From positions 24,425-88,424 of IMG/VR virus record IMGVR_UViG_3300025919_000136: DNA of 64,000 bases, one strand, 5' to 3'. Position numbers and translations under genes: made by a program. The notes under the pieces were generated by a model. That model was not told the origin of the DNA, ran no database searches, and worked only from the letters and a program-made list of their open reading frames with translations. How positions within the stretch are numbered: the first letter of the stretch is position 1; every line of letters begins with the position of its first letter. Origin of the DNA: a virus. Positions 47,801 to 56,802 of this stretch are shown here, piece by piece.

Positions 47801-48026
47801 ATACGACTTAACCGTAGAGACCTACCACAACTTCGCACTCTCTGCCGGAGTATTCGTCCATAATTGTATGGTTATGTGCGGCTATCGTACGGACTGGCGA
47901 ACCTTCAAGGTTCGAAACTCGTGGGGCGCGGACTGGGGTCGACAGGGCTACTGCCACATTCCCTTCGAGTATTTACTCAACAGCGATCTGGCATCCGACT
48001 TCTGGGTCGTAAGAATTGTGAAGTGA
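44856..48026 (+). CDS. papain-like (C1A) cysteine protease containing two inteins
   Basis: Exteins DQNALGC/CTGFG, SPLFIYYNER, GGH/CMVMCGY, VRNSWG.DWG..GY; spliced product about 255 aa. Confidence 0.92.
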   Translation: MAQNMPINKAYGCRPDLADQRDHVCTVEAPASKLPLMMDLQPGMPPIRDQNALGCCFSGETEVSLLDGTVDTLRNLSERISEDPLWVYSCNPDTGGFIPAVATAHKTRTSVHLLRVTLDNGLYIDCTEDHNFLTRDGLYVEAQDLKPDDSLMPLYKALAIEGDELPGYEMIFQNDKLEWTYTHRLTCPWGKGSVRHHKNFNRTDNRPDNLQMMTWEDHNRLHVDNVKEMWACASEEKRAAMLKALKEYNGSEAQRKHSRDLMNALHEKGPEWRSSRSSKGGKNAWQRVSADPQRKQKALDCLGLGHTPESREKAKATQQITMAAPEFKKKQSDRLKAAYRASEKMQRAAHQNGKNIGGVASLRFQILKFARKVLEEEGSLNEVTWEICRCRLQNTYKARVRFGRNTVRKGYKPPRWETVIREFGTEDAVIEAAEVVNHKVVSVEPLDGLHDTYCLSVPDTENFALAAGVYVHNCTGFGTAAVFEFEQMRQKLPVFAPSPLFIYYNERQLEGTVPIDAGAEIRDGIKAIARWGAAPEASWPYDISRFATAPPAEAYADAAPHTAVLYERVPQTLRSMMGVLASGLPIVFGMTVYESFESDEVARTGMVPLPQPQEKVVGGHCFTGDTKVSLLDGRELTFIELVNEFGFSGQPFWVYSCKEDGTIVPGLAHSPRRTGESQKLLMVTLDNGEEIRCTPDHLFMSREGIYVKACELSAGYSLMPLYRRPSEDERMPDYEQLYDVKSKQWKYTHRVVMSDWHDGWYDGVVHHIDFNKFNNSPDNLEVMSWEDHTKLHADMLVEYNRSEKGRETSRQNMKKLWDDPEWRAKMLATTQKNFARGAEKLKREGRHGWAGMDKDKLRKMCSEAGKKGKGRKVPQEVIDRIQATKKKIREEDPEKRAIAATTAANNLKSYNEKLKSGEISISENQRNARRLNGARCTYRKYYEDMFDTFEEYLECRNKNSQDPILYNNHKVVSVEECGEEDVYDLTVETYHNFALSAGVFVHNCMVMCGYRTDWRTFKVRNSWGADWGRQGYCHIPFEYLLNSDLASDFWVVRIVK
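45021..46274 (+). mobile_element. intein 1 with HNH endonuclease (418 aa)
   Basis: CFSGET..., CTEDHNF, HHKNFNRTDNRPDNL, ...YVHN followed by Cys. Confidence 0.92.
46716..47864 (+). mobile_element. intein 2 with HNH endonuclease (383 aa)
   Basis: CFTGDT..., CTPDHLF, HHIDFNKFNNSPDNL, ...FVHN followed by Cys. Confidence 0.92.
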
Positions 48027-48032
48027 TTTTTA

Positions 48033-48482
48033 ATGGCTCTCCCCTTTAAACCCGAGATTAAAGCGAGCATCATCCAGCGGATGAAGGACGGCGAAGATGT
48101 ATCCAGTCTGGCTAGAGAGTTCCGCATCCTACCGAGTACGATCCGCAACTGGCTTAAGGCTGAACAGCTGGACCTTAACGGTATGCGAGGTAGGGAGAAT
48201 GGTCAAGTCTTGGACGAGGCCATTTTCGATTATGTCGTAACCGCACTCGAATGCTTGACGATTCAAGCCCAAGTGTTTTCAGATGAAAGTTATCTCAAAA
48301 CCCAATCAGCAGAGTCCAACGCTGTCCTCCATGGTGTCGTGGCGGACAAGGCGATTCGTATTCTCGAAGCAACCTCAGCCGTCGCACCAGAGTCCAACGG
48401 GCTCTCCCTTGAGGACTTCGGCAACGAGAACTTCCCCAACCACTACGAACCAGCAACAGCAGCTAGCCCGCCTGAAGCCTGA
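48033..48482 (+). CDS. terminase small subunit (HTH)
   Basis: N-terminal HTH (VSSLAREFRILPSTIRNW); directly upstream of TerL. Confidence 0.7.
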   Translation: MALPFKPEIKASIIQRMKDGEDVSSLAREFRILPSTIRNWLKAEQLDLNGMRGRENGQVLDEAIFDYVVTALECLTIQAQVFSDESYLKTQSAESNAVLHGVVADKAIRILEATSAVAPESNGLSLEDFGNENFPNHYEPATAASPPEA

Positions 48483-49956
48483 GCTCCCACTTAGGACCTT
48501 CATCAAGCTGGCCTGGCACGTAGTGGAACCAGGGAACAAGTTCGTGTCTAATTGGCACTTGGACTGCATTAGCGAACATCTAGAAGCGTGCACCTTCGGG
48601 CAAATTCGCTCGCTGATCATCAACATGCCGCCGAGGTGCATGAAATCTCTTAGTGTTGCGGTTTTCTGGCCAGCGTGGGTATGGACCTTCCGTCCGGGGA
48701 GCCGATGGCTCTTCGCTAGCTATTCCGAAGCCTTCTCCACGCGGGATAGCATGAAGTGTCGGCGCGTGATTAAGAGTGACTGGTACCAGCGACGATTCGG
48801 CCACATCTATACGATTTCGCGCGACCAGGATGCGAAGATGCGGTTCGAGAACTCCGCTGCCGGGTTCCGGCTAGCTTCCTCCGTCGCCGGTATGGGTACT
48901 GGCGAAGGCGGAGACTTCATCTGCCCAGACGACCCTCACAAAGTGAAGGAAGCGGAGTCGGACGTGATTCGTCAAGGTGTAGTAGATTGGTGGTTCGAGA
49001 CGATGCCCACCCGTTTCATTGATCCGAAGACTGTAGTGAAAGTTGTCACTATGCAGCGGATCAAGGAAAACGACCTGAGCGGAGAGATCCTCTCCAGAGA
49101 ATTGGGCTACGAACATCTCTGCCTTCCAATGCGCTACGAAGAAGGCCGGACCTTCTACGAAGTCCCAATCAAGCTGGACAGTGGCAAGAAGGCTACTGCG
49201 GACGGCCAAGAGCTACCGAAGGATGCTATCATCGGGACCAGCCTACAGCGGCTTCGTCCAGAGCTCCGTGATCCTCGCAAGGAAGATGGGGAACTGTTGT
49301 GGCCCGCTCGTCTGGACGAGCTCTCAGTACTCCAGATGGAGGGGTCGCTCCTTGAATATGGTACAGCTGGACAGCTGCAACAGCGCCCCGCTCCGCGTGG
49401 TGGAGGTATGCTGCAACGAGACTGGTTCAAGCTGGTGAAGGCAGTACCTCGCGATAGTAAGTTCGTTCGCTACTGGGATAAGGCGGGAACCGAAGGCGGC
49501 ACTGGGGCGCGGACTGCAGGCGTGCTAATGGCGAAGTATCCGGACGGGCGCTACTGCGTGGTAGACGTAGTGAAGGGGCGGTGGGGTGCTACGGGCCGCG
49601 AACAAGTCATCGTGCAGACTGCCGAACTGGATGCTAGAATGTACGGTCGCGTGGAGACCTGGATCGAGCAGGAACCAGGCAGCGGTGGGAAGGAATCTGC
49701 CGAGCTAACCATTCGCGCCTTGGCAGGGTATATCATCTACGCGGAGATAGTACGCGGAGATAAGGTCACACGTGCGGAACCCTTCTGTTCCCAGGCTAGA
49801 GCGAAGAACGTTGATATCATGGACGGTCTGTGGAACATAGAATACTTCGGCGAGATGGAGTCCTTTCCTAATGGACGATTGAAGGACCAGATCGACGGCA
49901 CCAGCGGAGCATTCAACAAACTTGCCCCGCCCAAACTGGAGTGGATTACTCATTAA
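48283..49956 (+). CDS. terL: terminase large subunit (true start uncertain)
   Basis: INMPPRCMKS, ICPDDPH, MQR, YWDKA, IEQEPGSGG, FPNGRLKDQIDG. Confidence 0.93.
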   Translation: MKVISKPNQQSPTLSSMVSWRTRRFVFSKQPQPSHQSPTGSPLRTSATRTSPTTTNQQQQLARLKPELPLRTFIKLAWHVVEPGNKFVSNWHLDCISEHLEACTFGQIRSLIINMPPRCMKSLSVAVFWPAWVWTFRPGSRWLFASYSEAFSTRDSMKCRRVIKSDWYQRRFGHIYTISRDQDAKMRFENSAAGFRLASSVAGMGTGEGGDFICPDDPHKVKEAESDVIRQGVVDWWFETMPTRFIDPKTVVKVVTMQRIKENDLSGEILSRELGYEHLCLPMRYEEGRTFYEVPIKLDSGKKATADGQELPKDAIIGTSLQRLRPELRDPRKEDGELLWPARLDELSVLQMEGSLLEYGTAGQLQQRPAPRGGGMLQRDWFKLVKAVPRDSKFVRYWDKAGTEGGTGARTAGVLMAKYPDGRYCVVDVVKGRWGATGREQVIVQTAELDARMYGRVETWIEQEPGSGGKESAELTIRALAGYIIYAEIVRGDKVTRAEPFCSQARAKNVDIMDGLWNIEYFGEMESFPNGRLKDQIDGTSGAFNKLAPPKLEWITH

Positions 49957-49960
49957 CTAC

Positions 49961-51559
49961 ATGACTGCTGAACTACTACCAGGTTGGGTTGACTTCGCCG
50001 GATACGTTCTATGTCTGGATCGTATCGAATACCCACAGCTTCATCGCGCCATTCAACATCAGTCATTGGTCGAAGTTAAATCCGTCTTAGCGGAGCTAGA
50101 CGCGGCGACACGGAGCATCCCTCCCAGAGAAGGGGCCTGGAAATTCATCGATGCACTGAAGGCCTCCGATGATGGTCCGGGACGATGGGTGACAATTGAC
50201 GGTACCCACGTGTTCATTAAAGATGGGGAGTCGGTAGGCAAAGCTATCCAAGAACTTCATGATCGCAACGAAGGTCAGAAGGATGAATCCCACTCTAGGG
50301 AAGCAGTTGAGCATATAGATAGAGTATCAACAACGATTAATAGTCTTCATGAGAACGCAGATAAGTTACGGAACGAGCCAACGCACGCAGAGCGGCTAGA
50401 TGCTTATTCGCAGCAAGCTTACAGGAAGGACTACGAAGGAGCTAAGCAGCATATCCAGTCGCTACACCAACAAAAGTTAGAAAAGAACCAGCCTACAAAA
50501 TCAGATGTGGAGTCAATTAAGAATCTGTTGAATGGGCACCTAGGAGCCTCCTCGCTTAGTTCAGAAACAGAAAGCGCCCTATCTTCTGGGAGCGATCACC
50601 CTGTAGCTAACGTAGTGCGTCGACTGTCCGAGGAGGTTATAGGTCACCTACCGGAACTCCACCTACACACCAATGAAGAAGGTGCTTCACCAGAAGTTGG
50701 CGGCACCATAGACCTAAAGCAGAGGTTATTCACCAGTAGGCCACAGGAGAAGAATGGCGGAACGCACTACATAGTCCATGACGCGCAAACTGGCACCAAT
50801 GTGTCTGCACTATCCGATAGTCCCGAACTAGGACAAGTACTTCATCACAATCCTAGTGGGTATAGAGTAACTTCAGTCGAGCATACAGAATCAGGCAGGA
50901 CAGTCCATCTGAATGCTAGACCAAACTCCGTACTAGGAAAAGACTACGAGAGTGTGATAGATGGTCTATCCGAACACGACAAGAAAGTCCTGAAGCATTA
51001 CACTCTCGGAGTGTCGTCCTACAAAAGTGGTGTGATGAACCATCAACTATTGAACGATCATCTACGTCACGGCAAGTCTCTTCCCACGTTGGCAGCCCAA
51101 CAGAAATATCAAGATAGCTGGAAGCATGTAGGGTTCAAGAAGGATTATCAGATTAGTGCTCAAGAGGTAGCCCAGAAGCTCCCGGAAATACTACATCGTG
51201 GAGTGGCCCAACACTCTTTCAAGACGTTCAAAGGCACTGATACTAGCAGCCTACCGAAGGACTTGAAAGTTGGAGACGTATTCACCGACCACGGATTTAA
51301 CTCCTCTACAACTGATGAGGCTGTAGCAGGTGAGTTCGCTACTGACAGAGCCAATAAGTCCAAGTCGGATAGAGCTATTGTTGAGATCCACGTGCCTAAA
51401 GGGTCTAAAGGTTTGTACTTGGGTGACAGTTCGGTAGGTATGTATAATGAGAAGGAATTCCTACAACATAAGGCAACTTACAAGGTGACGCATATAGCCG
51501 ATGAAACGGACTCCAAAGGAAAGAAAGTTAGGCGAGTGCACTTGGAAACTATATCATGA
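49961..51559 (+). CDS. VIP2-like ADP-ribosyltransferase, head-associated
   Basis: N..LR, TFKG, GFNSST, EKEFL; WVTIDGTHV motif; between terL and the portal gene. Confidence 0.8.
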   Translation: MTAELLPGWVDFAGYVLCLDRIEYPQLHRAIQHQSLVEVKSVLAELDAATRSIPPREGAWKFIDALKASDDGPGRWVTIDGTHVFIKDGESVGKAIQELHDRNEGQKDESHSREAVEHIDRVSTTINSLHENADKLRNEPTHAERLDAYSQQAYRKDYEGAKQHIQSLHQQKLEKNQPTKSDVESIKNLLNGHLGASSLSSETESALSSGSDHPVANVVRRLSEEVIGHLPELHLHTNEEGASPEVGGTIDLKQRLFTSRPQEKNGGTHYIVHDAQTGTNVSALSDSPELGQVLHHNPSGYRVTSVEHTESGRTVHLNARPNSVLGKDYESVIDGLSEHDKKVLKHYTLGVSSYKSGVMNHQLLNDHLRHGKSLPTLAAQQKYQDSWKHVGFKKDYQISAQEVAQKLPEILHRGVAQHSFKTFKGTDTSSLPKDLKVGDVFTDHGFNSSTTDEAVAGEFATDRANKSKSDRAIVEIHVPKGSKGLYLGDSSVGMYNEKEFLQHKATYKVTHIADETDSKGKKVRRVHLETIS

Positions 51560-51726
51560 ATACCTCCCAACAAATGCCCAAATCTAATACGGACGATCCT
51601 ATCGAAGACGCCCCATCCCGCTTCGAATTCGACGCGACCAACGTCCACTTCGAACGGCTTGGCGGCAAGCCTCAGCCTAAGCAACGATCCACCGCTCCGC
51701 TCCAGAATACGGCGGCGCTCGACTAA

Positions 51727-52065
51727 ATGGAACGAATCCCACCCTTCCCAGAAAACTACGTTGGCCCCACTCACATCCAATCGGGTGGGGTGGATTCGTT
51801 CGGCAATCCGGTCGGCCCTGGATATCCCTTCGAAGCCCACGTGGAAGCACCCGGACCCGTCGCCATAGACCCGGACACACTCATTGATGGCACCGGACAG
51901 CGAATTCAGCAGTCGCTCCCAGAAAATGCGGGGCTCTCGCCCGCAGCCATCGGTACGATCGCCGCACTGGTATTGCCACTACTGGCGATCGTTTACATTA
52001 GCATATTCGTAAAGCTATTCACTTGGATGCTACTGGCGTTTGCAGGACTGCGTGTGGTCTTGTAA
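51727..52065 (+). CDS. membrane protein
   Basis: Hydrophobic C-terminal half. Confidence 0.5.
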   Translation: MERIPPFPENYVGPTHIQSGGVDSFGNPVGPGYPFEAHVEAPGPVAIDPDTLIDGTGQRIQQSLPENAGLSPAAIGTIAALVLPLLAIVYISIFVKLFTWMLLAFAGLRVVL

Positions 52066-52097
52066 ACCCCTGTACATATATCTATACCAATACCCCC

Positions 52098-54113
52098 ATG
52101 GGATTCCTCTCACGCGCACTCACCAAGCTAGGCCAAGAAGTCAAGGCTAACGTCAAAGTACCATTTTCCATCTACGGCTCTCTAGGCCAAGGCGACGCGG
52201 GGATGGGCTATACCTCTTCGCGGGATATTGGCTACCTCTTCACCACGAACCCAGGAGCGCAGTACGACTATCTGACGGCGGCTGGTAATCTGGCCGAGAA
52301 CTCCGTGGTGGCTGCAGCTAGCGAAGCCATTGCCCGCGCATTGCCGGACGCACCCCCAATCCTGGAAGTCAAGAACAAGAAAGGCAAGTGGGAATCCGCT
52401 GGGGATCACGAAGTACTGGACTTCCTTGGTTGGCCTAACGGTGCTCCGGATAAGGACGTTCGCGGTTACTCCGCAGCGCACCTATGGGCGGCAACCATTC
52501 GCTCGGAGTATACGAACGGTAATGGATTCTGGAGACTCGTGGTGGCTCGCGATGGCACCCCATTAGAAGCGTGGTGGGAGCCGTTCATGTCGCCTCGGTA
52601 CAACAAGACGGAGTTCATCCAAGACTACGTAATCTACGTGGATGGCAAACCATACTATCTCCCTGTTGAACAAGTCGTCCACTTCCGGCTGGCACTGAAC
52701 CCGTACAACTCGCGTTGGGGCTACACCCCACTCTATACGGCTGTACGCCATGTAGACGGCGATAACCGGGCCGCGACGTTCCATACTGCCCTACTGCGGA
52801 ATGGAGCTGTAGGAAGCTACTCGGTGTCCTTAAATGATTCGGCTGACTACGCCAAGGCAGGCATCACGCCCAAGCAGTTCGACGCTACCTTAGCTAAGTG
52901 GGAGAAGCGGCTACGTGGCGAGGGTGCGGGGCGGATGATCTCGTCTTCTCTGCCAGTGAAGATCGATAAGCTGGACTACTCCCCCAACGATCTGATGCTG
53001 GATAAGTTGGTGGCCTACTACGAGTCACGCATCTGTGCAGTGTTGGGCATCCCGGCGATGGTGATTGGCATCTCTTCTGGAGACAGTACCAAGACCTATT
53101 CCAACTACGAAGAGGCACTGAAGGACTTCTGGCAGCGGACGATCAAGCCGCTCAACGGGCTGCACGCCTCGGAGTTGGGAGCACAGTTGCTACCGCTGTT
53201 CGGTCTGTCCCCGTCCGAGTATCGTATTAACTGGGACTACAGCAACGTATCCGCGTTGCAGGAATCCGTGGATGCGGTGCACACGCGGGCGCGAGCGAAC
53301 TGGCAAGCAGATGGTATTACGCTGAACGAATTCCGAGGTCATATTGGCGAAGAGACGAAGCCGGAATTTGAAGATGTCTGGTACACTAACCAAGGTCCGA
53401 AGGAAATAAGCAGCTTCGACCCGAACGATCCTTCTAATCAACCACCTGAAGCCACCCCAACCCCACTCCCAAGCGGAGCATCCTCTCCAGAAGATGGGCC
53501 AACAACGCAAACCGACGAAGAGCAGTTGGCTGCGTTAGATAAGGGCGCGACGAAGTCGGAAGACGAACCACGCGACGATCATGGCAGGTGGACGTCGGAA
53601 GAAGTTACCCCTCCAAAAGCTGATACCAACCAGCCAACTTCCCGCTCCGAACTCTCCAAGCTGAACCATAAGGTCTCCACGAGGGAGAAGCAACAGTACG
53701 CGGAGCAGCAGGAAGTAGACCTTGCGCAGCACTTGGGCGGCTATTCCCTGGAAGACAACGAACCGCCCGACATCATTGTGCCGAACAAGTCCGGCAAGGG
53801 TCACCAGCCAATAGAGCTCAAAACGATGCTGGACAACGACCGCGACCGCATTACAATTCACGCTGATTCGCTGGAAAGGAAGCAAAAGTACGCCGCCGAC
53901 AATAAAACGACGTTCCATACGGTGGTACTCGACCATCGCGATCGATTCGCTGGCGGGGTGAATGCCCACCAGCACTCCGGCCACGAGATCTACTATCGGA
54001 GGGGGCTGGGTAGCTACAAACTCTCCGCAATGTACAAGGTGAAGGATCACGCTGAATTGAATCGACTGATACACATGTCGAATAGCAAACTTCCGTTAGG
54101 AGCGCGACCATGA
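52098..54113 (+). CDS. HK97-type portal protein with C-terminal PD-(D/E)XK-like domain
   Basis: GNGFW, VVHFR, GYTPL, ICAVLGIP, TYSNYEE, ITLNEFR; tail EPPDIIV...IELKT. Confidence 0.9.
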   Translation: MGFLSRALTKLGQEVKANVKVPFSIYGSLGQGDAGMGYTSSRDIGYLFTTNPGAQYDYLTAAGNLAENSVVAAASEAIARALPDAPPILEVKNKKGKWESAGDHEVLDFLGWPNGAPDKDVRGYSAAHLWAATIRSEYTNGNGFWRLVVARDGTPLEAWWEPFMSPRYNKTEFIQDYVIYVDGKPYYLPVEQVVHFRLALNPYNSRWGYTPLYTAVRHVDGDNRAATFHTALLRNGAVGSYSVSLNDSADYAKAGITPKQFDATLAKWEKRLRGEGAGRMISSSLPVKIDKLDYSPNDLMLDKLVAYYESRICAVLGIPAMVIGISSGDSTKTYSNYEEALKDFWQRTIKPLNGLHASELGAQLLPLFGLSPSEYRINWDYSNVSALQESVDAVHTRARANWQADGITLNEFRGHIGEETKPEFEDVWYTNQGPKEISSFDPNDPSNQPPEATPTPLPSGASSPEDGPTTQTDEEQLAALDKGATKSEDEPRDDHGRWTSEEVTPPKADTNQPTSRSELSKLNHKVSTREKQQYAEQQEVDLAQHLGGYSLEDNEPPDIIVPNKSGKGHQPIELKTMLDNDRDRITIHADSLERKQKYAADNKTTFHTVVLDHRDRFAGGVNAHQHSGHEIYYRRGLGSYKLSAMYKVKDHAELNRLIHMSNSKLPLGARP

Positions 54114-56761
54114 CTTACGAAGCATATCTCAACGGCGAGTATGCCGGTCCCGCTGCTACGGTGAAGGGTTGGGGGAACTTTGGTAGGTGGACAAGATGCC
54201 TTCCAGAAGACCAGTACCCCACACTTAGTGAACTAGAGAAAAGTGGTCGGACCTCGAACGGCCACCTTCTGGCAGGAGAGCTCCGCCAGGGCATGCAGCA
54301 ATTCCCGCCCCGCGAAGCAGTGCGGAGTACTGCGGAGGGATTGCTGGCCTATGTGGGCGACGCGAGCGAAGGCGCGGTGTTGGAGATCTCGGACGGGACG
54401 GCGGATGATGTGGATGAAGATGAGGAGCCTGAGACTAAATCAACGGACGACGAACCAAGAGATGAATACGGACGATGGACCTCTGGTTCTAATTCATATG
54501 CTCACGAATGGAAAGGCGGTAAGCCTTGGGAAGATGATACATTTGAAGATAACGCTAAACAGCTTGGACTAGAAGTTCATGATGAATCGATAGGTAAAAC
54601 CAGCCGCAGTTATGTGGTACTGAATAATCCTGTGACGGTCTATCACGTAACTAGAGGCGCCAACGTAGATGCTATACTTAAAAATGGATTGCAGCCAACA
54701 GACAATGGAGGCAGGCAGGTGAATGGCGTTTATTTAGGTGGTAAGGATATAGCTTCATATCTTGGAGACGAAGGCCACCTATTGAAGGTTCGCCTGCCAG
54801 TAGGAACTAAATTGTACCAAGATGTGCAGCCAAATGCTGTTTTAGTGCGCCACCCTATCCCAAGCAAAGACGTAGAGCTAGTGGATACAAATAAGCATAC
54901 TGAGACTAAGTCCTTCAACGGCTACTCCTACGCCTCCACGCAGGTTAATCTCCCCGAACCACTCGCAAGCCAAATCACCGATTGGGCCGCAGCCAATATC
55001 CCTGTCGATTCGCTGCACGACGAATCCCAGGGGCAAGACGTGCCCCACATCACGGTAAAGTACGGAATATTAGATGACTCGCCAGCGAGTTCGGAAGCGG
55101 CACTCCGGTTTACGGGTCCAATCCAAGCTACGCTGCGGAACATGAAGGTATTCCGGTTTTCACCTTCGTACGACGTGCTGGTGATCGCCGTAGACAGCCC
55201 CGACCTGCACAATGCGAACAGTACCATAAAAGCAGTGGTGCCGACGGTGGATACATTCCCAACATACGATCCCCACGTGACGGTGGCTTACGTCAAGAAA
55301 GGTGAAGGGGAAGCGTTCGACGGGAATGGGGAGTTTTCTGGGCAGAACTTGCAGTTTGGTAGCGTAATCTTCAGTAGTAAGGACGGCGAAGAGTATGAGA
55401 TCCCGCTGAACGGCTACGATTTCTATTCACCGTACAACAACTACGATGAAGAAGTGACCTATCCCGAACTAGAAGCGAAGTCCTGGGAAGACGAGCCCCG
55501 CGATGAGTCCGGTAAGTGGACCACTGGCGATGCAGATACCGACCGCAAGCTAGCGGCCCTCCGCTGGGAGGGGCGCAAGCTACGCGAGACACTGAAGACT
55601 CACGAAGCGAAGCTGAAGGATGCCCGCGAACGCGGCGACGAAGCCGCCATCAAGGAGCACGACGCCAATCATCGCCGCACCGCTATCGAGTTGCGTAAGC
55701 TACGCGAACAGCATCATCAGTTGGCGGGCAAGAAGGAGTATAAGAATCCGTACGAGAAACGCGGAGGAACTTCTCCAGAGAAGGGGCCAAAACCGGAACC
55801 AGAGCTGGTGAAGGATACGAGGCCAGAAGCACAGAAAGTGCGGGAGCAACTGCTCGCAGATAGCAAGTCTATAGACGAACAGTGGCAGAAGCATTATGAT
55901 AGGTACAATGAAACCGACAGCAAGATTGTCGACATAAATAGCAAAATTCGTGATATTCATCTAGATAATGATGAACATAATCGATACGACGCGAATCAGC
56001 TAGAGGATGTCATGGAGCCTCTTCGCAAGGAACGGTCGAAACTATACGAAGACATGGCCGATGCCCAGCGGGCTATGACCCAACTGGATAAGGACCGAAT
56101 TGTCAAGTTGAGGCAAAATTTGTACCAAGACACATCTAAGATAAGCCGTAAGTTTAGAGTTGTTTATAGTGATACAGGAGGCGAGAAAATCCCTCCTTCT
56201 ACTCGACGAGCAGTGGAAGGTGGTATGGAAGAATTCCACAAGCTAGCCGCATCGGCAATATACAATTCTGCAGCTATAACGTTCAAGAGGGAAACCAAGA
56301 CTAGATCCAACGCAAATGGGCACCAAATTAGTCTAGATAAGAACTCTGGCCAGGATATAGTAGTTCACGAGTTAGGCCACGTACTAGAAAACAATAACCC
56401 GGATATCCATAAGGCTGCTGTAGCTTTCCTGGCCAAACGGACCAAAGGCGAATCACTTAAGCCGCTGAGTTTTCTCACTGGGCAAAAGGGTTACGGGAGT
56501 ATTGAAAAAGCACGCAAAGATAAGTTCATCAATCCCTACATGGGCAAGGACTATTCTCCAAGTCAGAAATGGGAACAAGGACGGTGGAAGGATGTGGACA
56601 ATAACGCAGTATACTCAGACCCGTCCAAGAACCCAGCCACCGAAATCATCTCTATGGGCCTAGAATATATGCACTCCCAGCCGCATGTTCTGGCAGAGAA
56701 GGACCCGGAGTACTTTGACTTCATGTATAACGTATTAAGAGGCAATTACGATGCAGTTTGA
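54110..56761 (+). CDS. polyvalent head-associated protein: ART-like, 2H phosphoesterase (Acb1-like), coiled coil, zincin
   Basis: YHVT...ILKNGL...GVYL; PHITVKYG and PHVTVAY; VHELGH...EIISMGLE. Confidence 0.8.
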   Translation: MTYEAYLNGEYAGPAATVKGWGNFGRWTRCLPEDQYPTLSELEKSGRTSNGHLLAGELRQGMQQFPPREAVRSTAEGLLAYVGDASEGAVLEISDGTADDVDEDEEPETKSTDDEPRDEYGRWTSGSNSYAHEWKGGKPWEDDTFEDNAKQLGLEVHDESIGKTSRSYVVLNNPVTVYHVTRGANVDAILKNGLQPTDNGGRQVNGVYLGGKDIASYLGDEGHLLKVRLPVGTKLYQDVQPNAVLVRHPIPSKDVELVDTNKHTETKSFNGYSYASTQVNLPEPLASQITDWAAANIPVDSLHDESQGQDVPHITVKYGILDDSPASSEAALRFTGPIQATLRNMKVFRFSPSYDVLVIAVDSPDLHNANSTIKAVVPTVDTFPTYDPHVTVAYVKKGEGEAFDGNGEFSGQNLQFGSVIFSSKDGEEYEIPLNGYDFYSPYNNYDEEVTYPELEAKSWEDEPRDESGKWTTGDADTDRKLAALRWEGRKLRETLKTHEAKLKDARERGDEAAIKEHDANHRRTAIELRKLREQHHQLAGKKEYKNPYEKRGGTSPEKGPKPEPELVKDTRPEAQKVREQLLADSKSIDEQWQKHYDRYNETDSKIVDINSKIRDIHLDNDEHNRYDANQLEDVMEPLRKERSKLYEDMADAQRAMTQLDKDRIVKLRQNLYQDTSKISRKFRVVYSDTGGEKIPPSTRRAVEGGMEEFHKLAASAIYNSAAITFKRETKTRSNANGHQISLDKNSGQDIVVHELGHVLENNNPDIHKAAVAFLAKRTKGESLKPLSFLTGQKGYGSIEKARKDKFINPYMGKDYSPSQKWEQGRWKDVDNNAVYSDPSKNPATEIISMGLEYMHSQPHVLAEKDPEYFDFMYNVLRGNYDAV

Positions 56762-56802
56762 TTTGCCAAGCGCAAGCGAACGGCTTAGCGAAGAGGTTCA
56801 TT

